Source: Candidatus Moraniibacteriota bacterium
GTDB taxonomy: Bacteria > Patescibacteriota > Minisyncoccia > Moranbacterales > UBA1568
Direction of reading: 5' to 3'
Length of the DNA stretch: 64,000 nucleotides
Assembly (NCBI GenBank): GCA_037441965.1
Contig: JBBIRD010000003.1
Location: 6,741-70,740, forward strand
Notes under the pieces: model-generated
What the model was told of the DNA's origin: nothing
The model's database searches: none
What the model saw: only the letters and a program-made list of their open reading frames with translations
Part shown: positions 8,132-17,573 of the stretch, piece after piece
How positions within the stretch are numbered: the stretch's first letter is position 1
Layout: each line of letters opens with the position of its first letter
Made by a program: the position numbers and the translations under genes

Positions 8132-10783
8132 ATGTCATTTTTAGAAAAATTGTTTGGTTCGAATGAGCGTGAAGTAAATAAGTTTCGTCCTCTTGTTGAA
8201 GAAATAAATGCTTTTGATAGTGATATGCAAAAGCTTTCTGATGATGCTTTGAAAGCCAAGACGGAAGAGTTTAGAACAAGACTTTCTCAAGGGGAGACAT
8301 TAGATGATCTTTTGCCAGAAGCTTTCGCAGTTGTTCGTGAAGTAGCAGGGAGGATTATTGGTGAGCGTCATTATGATGTTCAGATGCTTGGAGGCATTGC
8401 TCTTCATAAAGGACGAATTGCCGAAATGAAAACAGGTGAAGGAAAAACGCTTACCTCGACACTTCCTATCTATTTGAATGCACTCTCTCAAAAAGGCGTT
8501 CATGTTGTTACAGTGAATGATTATCTTGCGAAGCGTGACTGTAATTGGATGGGACGAGTATATGAAGCCCTTGGACTTTCTACAGCGTGTATTGTTGGTC
8601 AAGGTGTTTCGTATCGTTTTGTATCGACGATAGTTGATGAAAATGAAGTAAGTATAGAGATGGAAAACCTTGTACCGATCACGCGTCGTGAGGCGTATGC
8701 ATCTGATATCACTTATGGCACAAATAATGAATTTGGTTTTGATTATCTTCGTGATAATATGGTTTCTTCTTTGGAAGAAATGACACAGCGAGATCTTAAT
8801 TTTGCAGTAGTTGATGAAGTTGACTCTATTCTTATTGATGAAGCACGAACTCCACTTATTATCTCGGCGCCCGATAGCGAATCGACAAAATTGTATGAGA
8901 AATTTGCTCATATTATACCACTGCTTCATTCTGAGAAGGATTATGTTGTGGATGAAAAAATGAAAGTGGTAACACTTACCGATGAAGGTATGACTCATGT
9001 TGAAAATCTTCTTGGTATGGGCAATATGTATGCTTCAGGAAATGTCGCGTATGTTCATCATCTGGAACAATCTCTCAAGGCTCATATCATTTTCAAACTT
9101 GATCGTGACTATGTTGTGAAGGATGGTGAAGTAATCATTGTTGATGATTTTACTGGACGATTGATGCCAGGACGACGATATAGTGAAGGACTCCATCAAG
9201 CTATCGAAGCCAAAGAAGGTGTGACGGTACAGCGTGAATCTCGTACACTCGCAACGATAACTTTTCAAAATTATTTTCGTCTGTATAAAAAATTATCAGG
9301 AATGACTGGTACGGCCATTACTTCAGCGGAGGAGTTTGCCAAAGTCTATAAGCTTGATGTCATCGAGATTCCTACTAACAAAGTGCTTATACGAAAAGAT
9401 CTGCCTGATATTGTGTATAAAACAGAAGAAGCAAAATATCGTGCTATCGCCAATCGTGTGAAAGAAATCCATTCTCTTGGTCAGCCAGTACTTATCGGTA
9501 CGATTGCTATCGAAAAATCAGAATATCTCAGTACGCTTCTTACTCACGAAGGAGTTGCGCACGAAGTTCTCAATGCGAAGAATAATGAAAGCGAAGCATC
9601 TATTGTAGCTCATGCAGGACAAAAGGGTGCTGTTACGATTGCAACCAATATGGCTGGTCGTGGTACAGATATCAAACTTGGGGAGGGTGCGCGTGAGACA
9701 GGTGGACTTTTCATTATTGGAACAGAGCGTCACGAAGCTCGTCGTATTGATAATCAGCTTCGTGGTCGTGCAGGGCGTCAGGGTGATCCTGGAACATCAC
9801 AGTTTTATGTATCTCTCGAAGATGAACTTATGCGTCGTTTTGGAGGTGAAAAAATGAAGAATATGATGACGACGCTTGGCTTGCCTGAAGATGAGCCAAT
9901 TCAAAATAAACTCATTTCTAAAACTATAGAAAGTGCTCAATCAAAAATCGAAGGATATAACTTCGATATGCGAAAACATGTGCTCGATTATGATGATGTG
10001 ATGAATAAACAACGTGAAGTTGTGTATAGAAAACGCAGAAGTGTTCTTGAAACGCAGGTGTTTCGCGATGAAACATTGAATTTTCTTTCAGAGGAGTTTG
10101 ATCATATCATCAGTTTTCATACTGCCACAGAAGAGGAGTCACAGTGGAATATAGAGGAGATTGTTACAGAAGCAAATGGAATGTTTCCAACTATGAACGA
10201 AAAAGATGCATTCAAAAAATTGGAAAGCGTACGTGATGATCGTTCGAAGAATGAGGCAGAAAAGAAAGGACTTATTCTTGAATATCTTATTGGTGAAGCA
10301 AAGAAAATGTACAGCGAGAAGGAAATAAGTTTCGGAAAAGATTTATGGAACACTATTCAACGATCGATTTACCTTCGTTCACTTGATCAATTGTGGATGA
10401 ATCATCTTGATGAAATAGATTATCTTCGTCAGGGGATAGGACTTCGTGGGTATGGTCAGCGTGATCCACTTATTGAATACAAGCGTGAAGCATACGATTT
10501 ATTTTTGGGTTTGATGGATACAGTGAGGAAAACTTATCTAATGACTATTATGAAGCTCGGACCGATAACTGATCTACAGAATGAATCTCCACGAGAAATA
10601 CATTTTCAAGGCGCGAGTGAAGAGATAGCACAATTTTCTCAGGATCGAAAACTTGAAACAAATCATACTTCTCAACAAACATCAGAAATAAGAAAGCCGA
10701 TAGTGAATGAAGAAACAATTAATCGCAATGATCCTTGTCCTTGTGGTTCAGGAAAAAAGTATAAAAAGTGTCACGGAAAATAG
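8132..10783 (+). CDS. secA: Preprotein translocase ATPase SecA
   Basis: MKTGEGKT, DEVDSILIDEARTPLIIS, NMAGRGTDI, RRIDNQLRGRAGRQGD; C-terminal SEC-C motif CPCGSGKKYKKCH. Confidence 0.98.
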   Translation: MSFLEKLFGSNEREVNKFRPLVEEINAFDSDMQKLSDDALKAKTEEFRTRLSQGETLDDLLPEAFAVVREVAGRIIGERHYDVQMLGGIALHKGRIAEMKTGEGKTLTSTLPIYLNALSQKGVHVVTVNDYLAKRDCNWMGRVYEALGLSTACIVGQGVSYRFVSTIVDENEVSIEMENLVPITRREAYASDITYGTNNEFGFDYLRDNMVSSLEEMTQRDLNFAVVDEVDSILIDEARTPLIISAPDSESTKLYEKFAHIIPLLHSEKDYVVDEKMKVVTLTDEGMTHVENLLGMGNMYASGNVAYVHHLEQSLKAHIIFKLDRDYVVKDGEVIIVDDFTGRLMPGRRYSEGLHQAIEAKEGVTVQRESRTLATITFQNYFRLYKKLSGMTGTAITSAEEFAKVYKLDVIEIPTNKVLIRKDLPDIVYKTEEAKYRAIANRVKEIHSLGQPVLIGTIAIEKSEYLSTLLTHEGVAHEVLNAKNNESEASIVAHAGQKGAVTIATNMAGRGTDIKLGEGARETGGLFIIGTERHEARRIDNQLRGRAGRQGDPGTSQFYVSLEDELMRRFGGEKMKNMMTTLGLPEDEPIQNKLISKTIESAQSKIEGYNFDMRKHVLDYDDVMNKQREVVYRKRRSVLETQVFRDETLNFLSEEFDHIISFHTATEEESQWNIEEIVTEANGMFPTMNEKDAFKKLESVRDDRSKNEAEKKGLILEYLIGEAKKMYSEKEISFGKDLWNTIQRSIYLRSLDQLWMNHLDEIDYLRQGIGLRGYGQRDPLIEYKREAYDLFLGLMDTVRKTYLMTIMKLGPITDLQNESPREIHFQGASEEIAQFSQDRKLETNHTSQQTSEIRKPIVNEETINRNDPCPCGSGKKYKKCHGK

Positions 10784-10794
10784 AAATTTGGTAA

Positions 10795-10931
10795 TAAAAA
10801 ATCCTCGACATTTTATGAAGAGGAAGGGAGAGCGAGGAGGGGAAGTGGGGGGTGGAATAAAAAACGTTGTTTTTATTATAGTGGTATCTGAAGCAGATAC
10901 CGAATGCCCAAATTTTCCCCTCTATCCTCGC
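10795..10931 (-). ncRNA. Candidate structured non-coding RNA (~135 nt), family unknown
   Basis: GC-rich non-coding island; closing stem 10832-10844 pairs with 10915-10931; internal hairpins 10883-10901 and 10856-10877; minus-strand promoter immediately upstream and terminator-like hairpin 10802-10824 with T-run. Confidence 0.5.
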
Positions 10932-10937
10932 ATTTTT

Positions 10938-10966
10938 AGTATAGCATAGATCAAAGTATGATACAA
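10938..10966 (-). promoter_or_regulatory. Sigma70-type promoter TTGTAT-N17-(TG)-TATACT driving the candidate ncRNA
   Basis: Minus strand ttgtat (10966-10961), 17-nt spacer ending tgc, tatact (10943-10938); start would fall at the first stem base (~10931). Confidence 0.55.
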
Positions 10967-10991
10967 TAGATAAATAAAAATATGGATATAT

Positions 10992-11062
10992 GGGCCTGTA
11001 GTTAAGTGGTACAACGCTGCATTCGCATTGCAGAGGCGGGAGTTCGATTCTCCCCAGGTCCA
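10992..11062 (+). tRNA. tRNA-Ala(CGC)
   Basis: Acceptor GGGCCTG/CAGGTCC with G3:U70; anticodon arm CTGCA-TTCGCAT-TGCAG; GTTCGATTC T-loop; CCA not encoded. Confidence 0.95.
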
Positions 11063-11076
11063 CTCTTTAGAAAAAA

Positions 11077-11244
11077 ATGTATCACCCTATTCAACTACCA
11101 AAAGGAAGCATTAAATGGATGAAGGAGATAGCGAAGAAGAACGAGGGGTGCGAGCTGACTGACCAAGAGGCTCACGAAGCGGTTTATAACTATCTCAACT
11201 TCTTCAATTGCTTATCTACTTGGATAAGAAACAGTATTCTATGA
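11077..11244 (+). CDS. Small hypothetical protein (55 aa), not in the ORF track
   Basis: MYHPIQLPKGSIKWMKEIAKKNEGCELTDQEAHEAVYNYLNFFNCLSTWIRNSIL*; stop overlaps the next start (ATGA). Confidence 0.5.
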   Translation: MYHPIQLPKGSIKWMKEIAKKNEGCELTDQEAHEAVYNYLNFFNCLSTWIRNSIL

Positions 11245-11639
11245 AAAAGCTTTATCTTGATATTGACGGAGTACTTCTTACCAAGCAGGGCGTTCCTGCT
11301 ATGCATATAGTGGAGTTTCTCAAATTCGCTACAAGCAACTTTGATTGCTATTGGCTTACCACTCATTGCGATGGAGACGCGACAATGGCATTTCTTTACC
11401 TCGTGGGTAAGTTCCCACCCGAAGCCGTCCCATATTTGGAGAAGATAAAAGCTACGAAATGGAAGCTCTGGAAGCCTGAGGGTATAGATTTCTCAAGTGA
11501 TTTCTTTTGGCTTGATGATTACGCTTTTGACGGGGACAAGAAAGTTTTGGAAGAGCATAAGGCACCGGAAAAGCTGATTATCGTAGACCTCAATAATAAT
11601 CCAAATCAGCTACGAGACTTGATCAATATCTTGAAATAA
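11241..11639 (+). CDS. Small HAD-superfamily phosphatase-like protein
   Basis: LYLDIDGVL (DxD motif I), WLTTH, K, FWLDD (motif IV). Confidence 0.75.
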   Translation: MKKLYLDIDGVLLTKQGVPAMHIVEFLKFATSNFDCYWLTTHCDGDATMAFLYLVGKFPPEAVPYLEKIKATKWKLWKPEGIDFSSDFFWLDDYAFDGDKKVLEEHKAPEKLIIVDLNNNPNQLRDLINILK

Positions 11640-11728
11640 ACAAAGAGAAAAAACCAACTAAGGGAAATCATTTTTTGCCGATTACTACTTGAAGCATTTT
11701 CTTCACGATGACAAATTGGTAGGGTGGT

Positions 11729-12382
11729 TTGAAGGTGGTTGTCAAGCAGAATAACTTATATACCCTATTTCAAGTGAAAAAATTTCTTGAAAAAATAGAG
11801 ATAAATGTTTTGACCGATATTCTGTCTGAATTATTAGTAAAATCAGGAATGACCTCAGAACATATTCGAAAAAAAGAAATAAAAGTCAATGTTGTTTCTG
11901 ATACAATGAGAAAGGCAAACGCATGGCATAATTCAGGATCCTTATATATCAATGCAGCAAAGTTTGATTTTAACAGTGATTATAAGAAGGATTATAAAAG
12001 GATACTATCAGCTTACATTCATGAGTATGTACATGCAATGGCAATGAATAATGGTATAGCTCAGACTACTGGATTTAAATGGGTATCTGAGGATGGAGTA
12101 GAAATGGAAATTCCTATAAATGAAGGGTTTACTGAGTTAATTGCTGATTATGTTTTTGAGGAGTATTTGAAAAGGTCTGGAGGATCATCTTTGGTAGGGC
12201 AGAAAGATTACAAGAGGACTATTAAGGGTTATCTGCAGGAACGCTCAGATGCATTTGCATTTGTATCACAAGTATCACAACAGACAGGGATACCAGAAGA
12301 TGTCGTGATGAAGAGTTTTATAAGAGCATATTTTTCTCAAGATATTGATTCCCTTGAAGATATACGAAAATCATTTTCTTAA
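11729..12382 (+). CDS. Zincin-like metallopeptidase domain protein (start uncertain)
   Basis: HEYVH plus downstream NEGFTE (gluzincin pattern); TTG start. Confidence 0.6.
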   Translation: MKVVVKQNNLYTLFQVKKFLEKIEINVLTDILSELLVKSGMTSEHIRKKEIKVNVVSDTMRKANAWHNSGSLYINAAKFDFNSDYKKDYKRILSAYIHEYVHAMAMNNGIAQTTGFKWVSEDGVEMEIPINEGFTELIADYVFEEYLKRSGGSSLVGQKDYKRTIKGYLQERSDAFAFVSQVSQQTGIPEDVVMKSFIRAYFSQDIDSLEDIRKSFS

Positions 12383-12511
12383 GATTTTACTCTTAATAAG
12401 AGAGAGAGGTGTTTTAGGGAACTTATCTAAAAAGAGAGTAATGTGTATTCGTAGCGCTGTTTTAGTGATAAAATAGAGAAAAATAATTTATACAATGTAG
12501 TGAGAAATTAT

Positions 12512-13000
12512 ATGGATCAATGGAAATTTGAGAGTAATACAAAAAAATATTTTTTTCTTGCTTGTGCTCTCTTTCTTGTTGGAGGAGTTTTGATGTATGG
12601 TTTTCGTGATTTTGATGTGACACACTTCGCTGATAGTACGGTCGGGTTTTTTCTTGGAGTGTTTCTCTCTCTTCTCTCGTCCTCTCTTCTTTTTACTCCA
12701 TATTATGAAGTAACGACGATTGATTCTCTTTCTCGGAGTATTGTCATACGATCGAAAACACTTTTTGGAGAAAAGGTAAAAAAAATTTCTGCTGATGTTA
12801 TAGAGAGTGCGCGTGTAGCATTTATTGGTAGAGCCTCAAATTTTATTGGAAATACATACTATATATCATTGCATATGCGTGATGGATCTTATACACAACT
12901 TTTCCTTTCTGGATATTATGATGGTCGGACGAGTGAAAATGTCTTGAAAGAGCGTCTGATGTATTTAGAAAAGGCACTTGGGATAATGTGTGAAAAATAG
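12512..13000 (+). CDS. Hypothetical membrane protein (2 TM plus soluble domain)
   Basis: Two hydrophobic segments then a beta-rich domain. Confidence 0.65.
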   Translation: MDQWKFESNTKKYFFLACALFLVGGVLMYGFRDFDVTHFADSTVGFFLGVFLSLLSSSLLFTPYYEVTTIDSLSRSIVIRSKTLFGEKVKKISADVIESARVAFIGRASNFIGNTYYISLHMRDGSYTQLFLSGYYDGRTSENVLKERLMYLEKALGIMCEK

Positions 13001-13097
13001 TAATTGTTACTTTTTTGTGGACAGAAAGGTTTTTTTCTGATAGGGTTTTTTATAGTACTTTCTTATTTTTCTTATTCAGATTGAAGGAGGAAAACAA

Positions 13098-13472
13098 ATG
13101 AAATCTGTTGTTCACGAGTATCATACAAATATGATACATATTCTTCGTACCTCAAGTGACTACGAAGTTATTTTGTCTCAATATATATCTTTTCTTTTAG
13201 AGAAGATACACACTATTGAAAATATGCGTCATGAAATGATACAAGAGATTGATGAGGGGTATATCGAGCTCCTTGAGAAAAGTATCCTTTCTTCTTTTCC
13301 TCTTGTTGATATATCACTTGATAGTCGATTTAAGAAAATGCGTCGTGATATGTATCAAGAGTTCGAATCAGCGATTGCAAAAGTAGAGTTTGAAATACAT
13401 CAAGCAATGCACATCGTCGAAACTCGTCGAAGTCTTATTTCTCACTCGATGAGCAATCAATCTGAAAAATAA
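13098..13472 (+). CDS. Hypothetical helical protein
   Basis: Strong SD (aaggagg) 7 nt before ATG; followed by a terminator-like hairpin near 13491-13521. Confidence 0.65.
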   Translation: MKSVVHEYHTNMIHILRTSSDYEVILSQYISFLLEKIHTIENMRHEMIQEIDEGYIELLEKSILSSFPLVDISLDSRFKKMRRDMYQEFESAIAKVEFEIHQAMHIVETRRSLISHSMSNQSEK

Positions 13473-13545
13473 GAACGATGAAAAGTATGAAAAGGTTTGG
13501 TGAAAACGCCCGACCTTTTTTCTTAAAAAAATTGGATAATAATCT

Positions 13546-14598
13546 ATGGATTTGAGTGATGGGGAAAAATACAATTATTTTCTTCCTGATTCGCTTATAC
13601 GGAAAATAGGAATAGAGCCGAGAGATACTGCACGGTTGTTTGTTTATGATACAAAAAGAGACACAATAACTTTCGATATTTTTCGTAACATTGCAAAATA
13701 TCTTCCGTCTCAATCATTGATGATATTGAATAACACCAAGGTAGTACCAGCAAGATTATGGCTCACAAAAGAAACGGGTGGAAAAATAGAAGTTTTTGTT
13801 CTTGCAAATGAAATAGAAGATATGGATTGTATCCCTGTACTTGTCGATCGTAAAACGATGAAAGGACAAAAACTTTTTTTCCCGAGCGGAGATTTCTTTG
13901 AAGTAGTAGATCAAAATGAAAATATCTTTTTTGTCAGAATCCATAGTTTAAAAAATCAATCACTTCATACGCTTCTTATGACATACGGTCACACGCCTCT
14001 CCCACATTATTTGGAAGGAGTGCATACAGAAGAAGATGATTTGCGTAAACGATATCAGACAATATTCGCCAAAGCAGGATTGTCAGTTGCTGCTCCGACT
14101 GCATCGCTCCATTTTACCGATGTTGTTTTCTCTTCTCTCGCCAAAAAGAACATTGAAACTGATTTTATTACACTTGATGTCGGACTCGGGACATTTGCCT
14201 CTTTGACATCTGATAATTTCCGTACTAAAAAACTACATACAGAGTTTATTGCTATGATGCCAAATACGAGAAATCATATCAATGCTAAAAAACAAGCAGG
14301 AAAACCAATTATTGCTGTAGGGACGACTGCACTTCGTACCATCGAATCACTTGCAGAAAATCATCATATAACACTTGAGAAAGACCGCACGAATATTTTT
14401 ATTTATCCTCCGTATGAGTTTCAAATAGTAGATAGTCTGATTACTAATTTTCATCTTCCGAAAACTTCACTCATGTTTCTCGTTGATGCTTTTTTGCAGA
14501 ATAAACGAGCGAAGAGAGATATTATGGAACTATATGATATTGCTATCAAGAATCAATTTTCTTTTTATTCGTTTGGTGATAGTATGCTCATTTTGTAG
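13546..14598 (+). CDS. queA: S-adenosylmethionine:tRNA ribosyltransferase-isomerase
   Basis: NNTKVVPARL, PLPHY, RYQTIFA, SVAAPTASLHF, AVGTT, TNFHLPKTSL, FYSFGDSM. Confidence 0.93.
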   Translation: MDLSDGEKYNYFLPDSLIRKIGIEPRDTARLFVYDTKRDTITFDIFRNIAKYLPSQSLMILNNTKVVPARLWLTKETGGKIEVFVLANEIEDMDCIPVLVDRKTMKGQKLFFPSGDFFEVVDQNENIFFVRIHSLKNQSLHTLLMTYGHTPLPHYLEGVHTEEDDLRKRYQTIFAKAGLSVAAPTASLHFTDVVFSSLAKKNIETDFITLDVGLGTFASLTSDNFRTKKLHTEFIAMMPNTRNHINAKKQAGKPIIAVGTTALRTIESLAENHHITLEKDRTNIFIYPPYEFQIVDSLITNFHLPKTSLMFLVDAFLQNKRAKRDIMELYDIAIKNQFSFYSFGDSMLIL

Positions 14599-14681
14599 TA
14601 CATTCTCTTTGACATTTTTTCTTGTACAGCATAAACTTGATAAGTGTTTTTTGAAGAATAAAAAGTAAATAATAGAAAAAT

Positions 14682-16775
14682 ATGGCGATGGAAATTATTT
14701 TAGCTTTTTTTGTTTTGATGCTTATTTCGATAGGAACATATTTTGCTTCAGAAAAATTGCGTATCCCGTATACATTAGCATTGGTGTTGATAGGTACTTT
14801 CCTTATACCGATATCTGAGTTTTCTTTTTTTCAATTCCTTCGGAGTTTTGAACTTACGCCAGAACTTCTCTTTTTTGTATTTCTTCCTGTTTTGATATTC
14901 GAGTCTGCTTATAATATGAAGTTTCGTGAGCTTGCGGAGAACGTCTATTCTATCTCTCTATTTTCAATTTTAAGCCTACTTCTCTCTGCTTTATTCATTG
15001 CTTTTGTTCTCTTTTTTATTCTTCAATGGATTGGGTTTCCTGTACCATTTTTTGCAACACTTATTTTTGGCGCACTGATCTCTGCGACTGATCCGGTTGC
15101 TGTCCTTGCTCTGTTCAAAGAGTTCGGTGTTCCGAAAAGACTTTCTCTTCTTTTTGAAGGGGAAAGTCTTTTTAATGATGGTACTTCACTGGCGTTATTT
15201 CTTATTGTCGTCGATATTGCTACCAAGGGTTTTTCTGGTATGACATCTTTACTTCAGGGTGTATTTATGTTTTCGACGATGGTGATTGGTGGTATTTTAC
15301 TTGGTCTGATAATGGGGTTTGTTTTTTCTAAACTTATTGAAAAAGTACACGATAACGAACATATAGAAATAACACTGACGATGATTGTTGCTCACCTTAC
15401 TTTTATCTTTTCTGAAGTCCTCTCACACCATCTCGTAATTTTTGGACAACATATTTATCTTTCATCTATTATTGCTACGGTTATGGCATCAATGGTTATT
15501 GGAAATTACGGACGATCAAAAATATCACCACGCGTCGAGGAATATATGGAGAAGTTTTGGGGATACTTTGCGTTTGTTGCCAATTCATTGGTATTTATTT
15601 TGATGGGACTTTTATTTGCGGGTTTGCCAGTGCATTTTGATCAATTTATTTGGCCTATTATAGCAACGGTTGCAGTTGTCGTTCTTGGTCGTATTATCTC
15701 TATTTATCCTGTCGCATTTTTTATTAATCACTTTACGAAAGAAGACTTTATTCCTTTGACTTGGCAACATTTGCTCTCATGGGGCAGTTTGCGTGGTGCA
15801 TTAGCGGTTACTATGGTTCTTTTACTTCCTAACGACCTTACATTAGATGGATGGAATTATTCTTTTACAGCGAAAGAGTTTATTACAGCACTGACAATTG
15901 GATGTGTTTATTTTACATTGCTTTTTAAAGCTACAACTATTGGAAGTATGATCAAGAAGATGAAGATTGATCAACTTACGGAACTTGAAAACATAGAATA
16001 TCACGAAAGTCGCGCTCTTATTTATTTTCAAACAATGGAAAAATTGGAAGAGTATCATAAGAAAGGTTTTACCGATCCAGTAGTATACAAAAAGTTATAT
16101 GAAGAATATAAGATAGCTTATGAAACTTCTCTGCGTATTCTTCATAATTCTTTTCAGAGTGATTCTCATTCTCCAGAAGAAGCGTTACGAATGTATGCTC
16201 TTGGTGTCGAAAAAAGAGTCTTGCATAAACTTTTTATGTATCGAGAAATATCAGAATTGGTTTATAAAAAGGTTGCCAACAAAATAGAGATTCAAATGGC
16301 GCGTGTAGAAGGAGGGAAGGATCAAATTGTACATATTGAAGAATCGTTTTCTCAAGATTGGTTTGAATGTTTAGTGGCCAAAGCACGCACTTTTCTGAAA
16401 CCGATAAGCGAAGAAAGACAAGCTCTTGATGAGTATCACTATTATCGTGCGCAAAAGATTATTTCTGCGAAAGTACTTCGTCATTTGAGGGCACTTTCTG
16501 GACATTATCGAGGAGTATTCGGTAGTGATGAACTCGTGAATACGGTTATTGATGTTTATCTTTCTTTTGAAAGAGATGCTGATATAAAAATGCAAGAATC
16601 AGCAAAATATATCAGTAAACATTTAGGACGAGAACATGAGAAGGTTGGACGGCGTGGATTTTTTCAAGCAGAAGAGAAATTTTTGCGGAAAATATCAAGA
16701 GAAGAAATGTTGCCTCGTAAAATAGAAACAATGCTTCGTGAAGAGTTTAAGAAAAAAGCATATCGTTCTCAATAG
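14682..16775 (+). CDS. CPA1 family Na+/H+ antiporter
   Basis: FLPVLIFESA, ISATDPVAV, EGESLFNDG and LRGA motifs; many TM helices; cytoplasmic C-terminal domain. Confidence 0.92.
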   Translation: MAMEIILAFFVLMLISIGTYFASEKLRIPYTLALVLIGTFLIPISEFSFFQFLRSFELTPELLFFVFLPVLIFESAYNMKFRELAENVYSISLFSILSLLLSALFIAFVLFFILQWIGFPVPFFATLIFGALISATDPVAVLALFKEFGVPKRLSLLFEGESLFNDGTSLALFLIVVDIATKGFSGMTSLLQGVFMFSTMVIGGILLGLIMGFVFSKLIEKVHDNEHIEITLTMIVAHLTFIFSEVLSHHLVIFGQHIYLSSIIATVMASMVIGNYGRSKISPRVEEYMEKFWGYFAFVANSLVFILMGLLFAGLPVHFDQFIWPIIATVAVVVLGRIISIYPVAFFINHFTKEDFIPLTWQHLLSWGSLRGALAVTMVLLLPNDLTLDGWNYSFTAKEFITALTIGCVYFTLLFKATTIGSMIKKMKIDQLTELENIEYHESRALIYFQTMEKLEEYHKKGFTDPVVYKKLYEEYKIAYETSLRILHNSFQSDSHSPEEALRMYALGVEKRVLHKLFMYREISELVYKKVANKIEIQMARVEGGKDQIVHIEESFSQDWFECLVAKARTFLKPISEERQALDEYHYYRAQKIISAKVLRHLRALSGHYRGVFGSDELVNTVIDVYLSFERDADIKMQESAKYISKHLGREHEKVGRRGFFQAEEKFLRKISREEMLPRKIETMLREEFKKKAYRSQ

Positions 16776-16866
16776 TTTTTTGAGAGAATATTGCAGTCTA
16801 TCATTGATAGCAGATGAATATCTCAAAACTTCTCATAAGATATCATCTTACATAATAAGAGATAGT

Positions 16867-17313
16867 ATGAAAAAAATATTTATCATATATCTGATAGGAG
16901 TATTTATTTTCAATTTCATTTGGGAAATGAGTCAGGTTATATTTTATAAACCTCATTTCAGTGGTACGCTTGATCTGATTTTAGTTCATCTAAGAGCTAC
17001 AGTTGGTGATGCAATTCTTTCTCTTATTATTTATGCACTGATGTCTTTAATTGTAAGAGATACCAGATGGATTTTAAAGAGTACGGTATGGTCATTCATT
17101 CTAATCTCGTTCTTTGGTTTTATCTTTGCTGTTGCTATTGAGAAATATGCTCTTTTGACTGGGAGATGGGAGTATAGCGAGTTGATGTTTATTGTCCCGA
17201 TTATTAAAGTTGGTTTGTCGCCTGTTTTGCAATTAACAATTTTAACCCCATTGGTTACATTTATTACAAGGAAAATTATTCTTGAACACTCTATAGAAAA
17301 GAAGAAAAAATAA
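16867..17313 (+). CDS. Hypothetical 4-TM membrane protein
   Basis: NFIWEMSQ...ATVGD...IEKYAL..GRWEY...GLSPVLQ; hydrophobic. Confidence 0.7.
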   Translation: MKKIFIIYLIGVFIFNFIWEMSQVIFYKPHFSGTLDLILVHLRATVGDAILSLIIYALMSLIVRDTRWILKSTVWSFILISFFGFIFAVAIEKYALLTGRWEYSELMFIVPIIKVGLSPVLQLTILTPLVTFITRKIILEHSIEKKKK

Positions 17314-17489
17314 ATTGTGAAAATAAATAAAAAATTTGTAAGAGTTTTATTTTTATTTTCGATGATTACAAGTAATTCCTTTTAAGTATATTTTCACTCA
17401 ATGAGTAGAAAAGTAAAAAAAGATACAATAATATACTAAAAAAGACTGAAGGATATCTTTTTAACTTGTTGTATGAGTACTTATATTGA

Positions 17490-17564
17490 TGGCTGGGGAG
17501 GTAGGGATCGAACCTACGAATGGAGGCTTCAAAGGCCCCTGCCTTACCACTTGGCTACTCCCCA
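17490..17564 (-). tRNA. tRNA-Gln(TTG)
   Basis: Minus strand TGGGGAG...GGGGC-CTTTGAA-GCCTC...GGTTCGATCC...CTCCCCA-G-CCA; starts 9 nt after the dnaX stop. Confidence 0.96.
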
Positions 17565-17573
17565 ATATGACTT

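Noticed and set aside
10820-10856. G-quadruplex in the G-rich tract
   Set aside because: G-runs are irregular and better explained by pairing with the C-rich tract at 10907-10931
10719-11063. 114-aa minus ORF and 80-aa plus ORF (10707-10949)
   Set aside because: They overlap the tRNA, the secA end and the structured RNA candidate; translations are not protein-like
11045-13100. attR duplicate of the tRNA-Ala 3' end
   Set aside because: No second copy of CCCCAGGTCCA seen downstream, so no intact integrated element can be delimited
13473-13545. preQ1 riboswitch upstream of queA
   Set aside because: Only a terminator-like hairpin for the upstream gene; no preQ1 consensus seen
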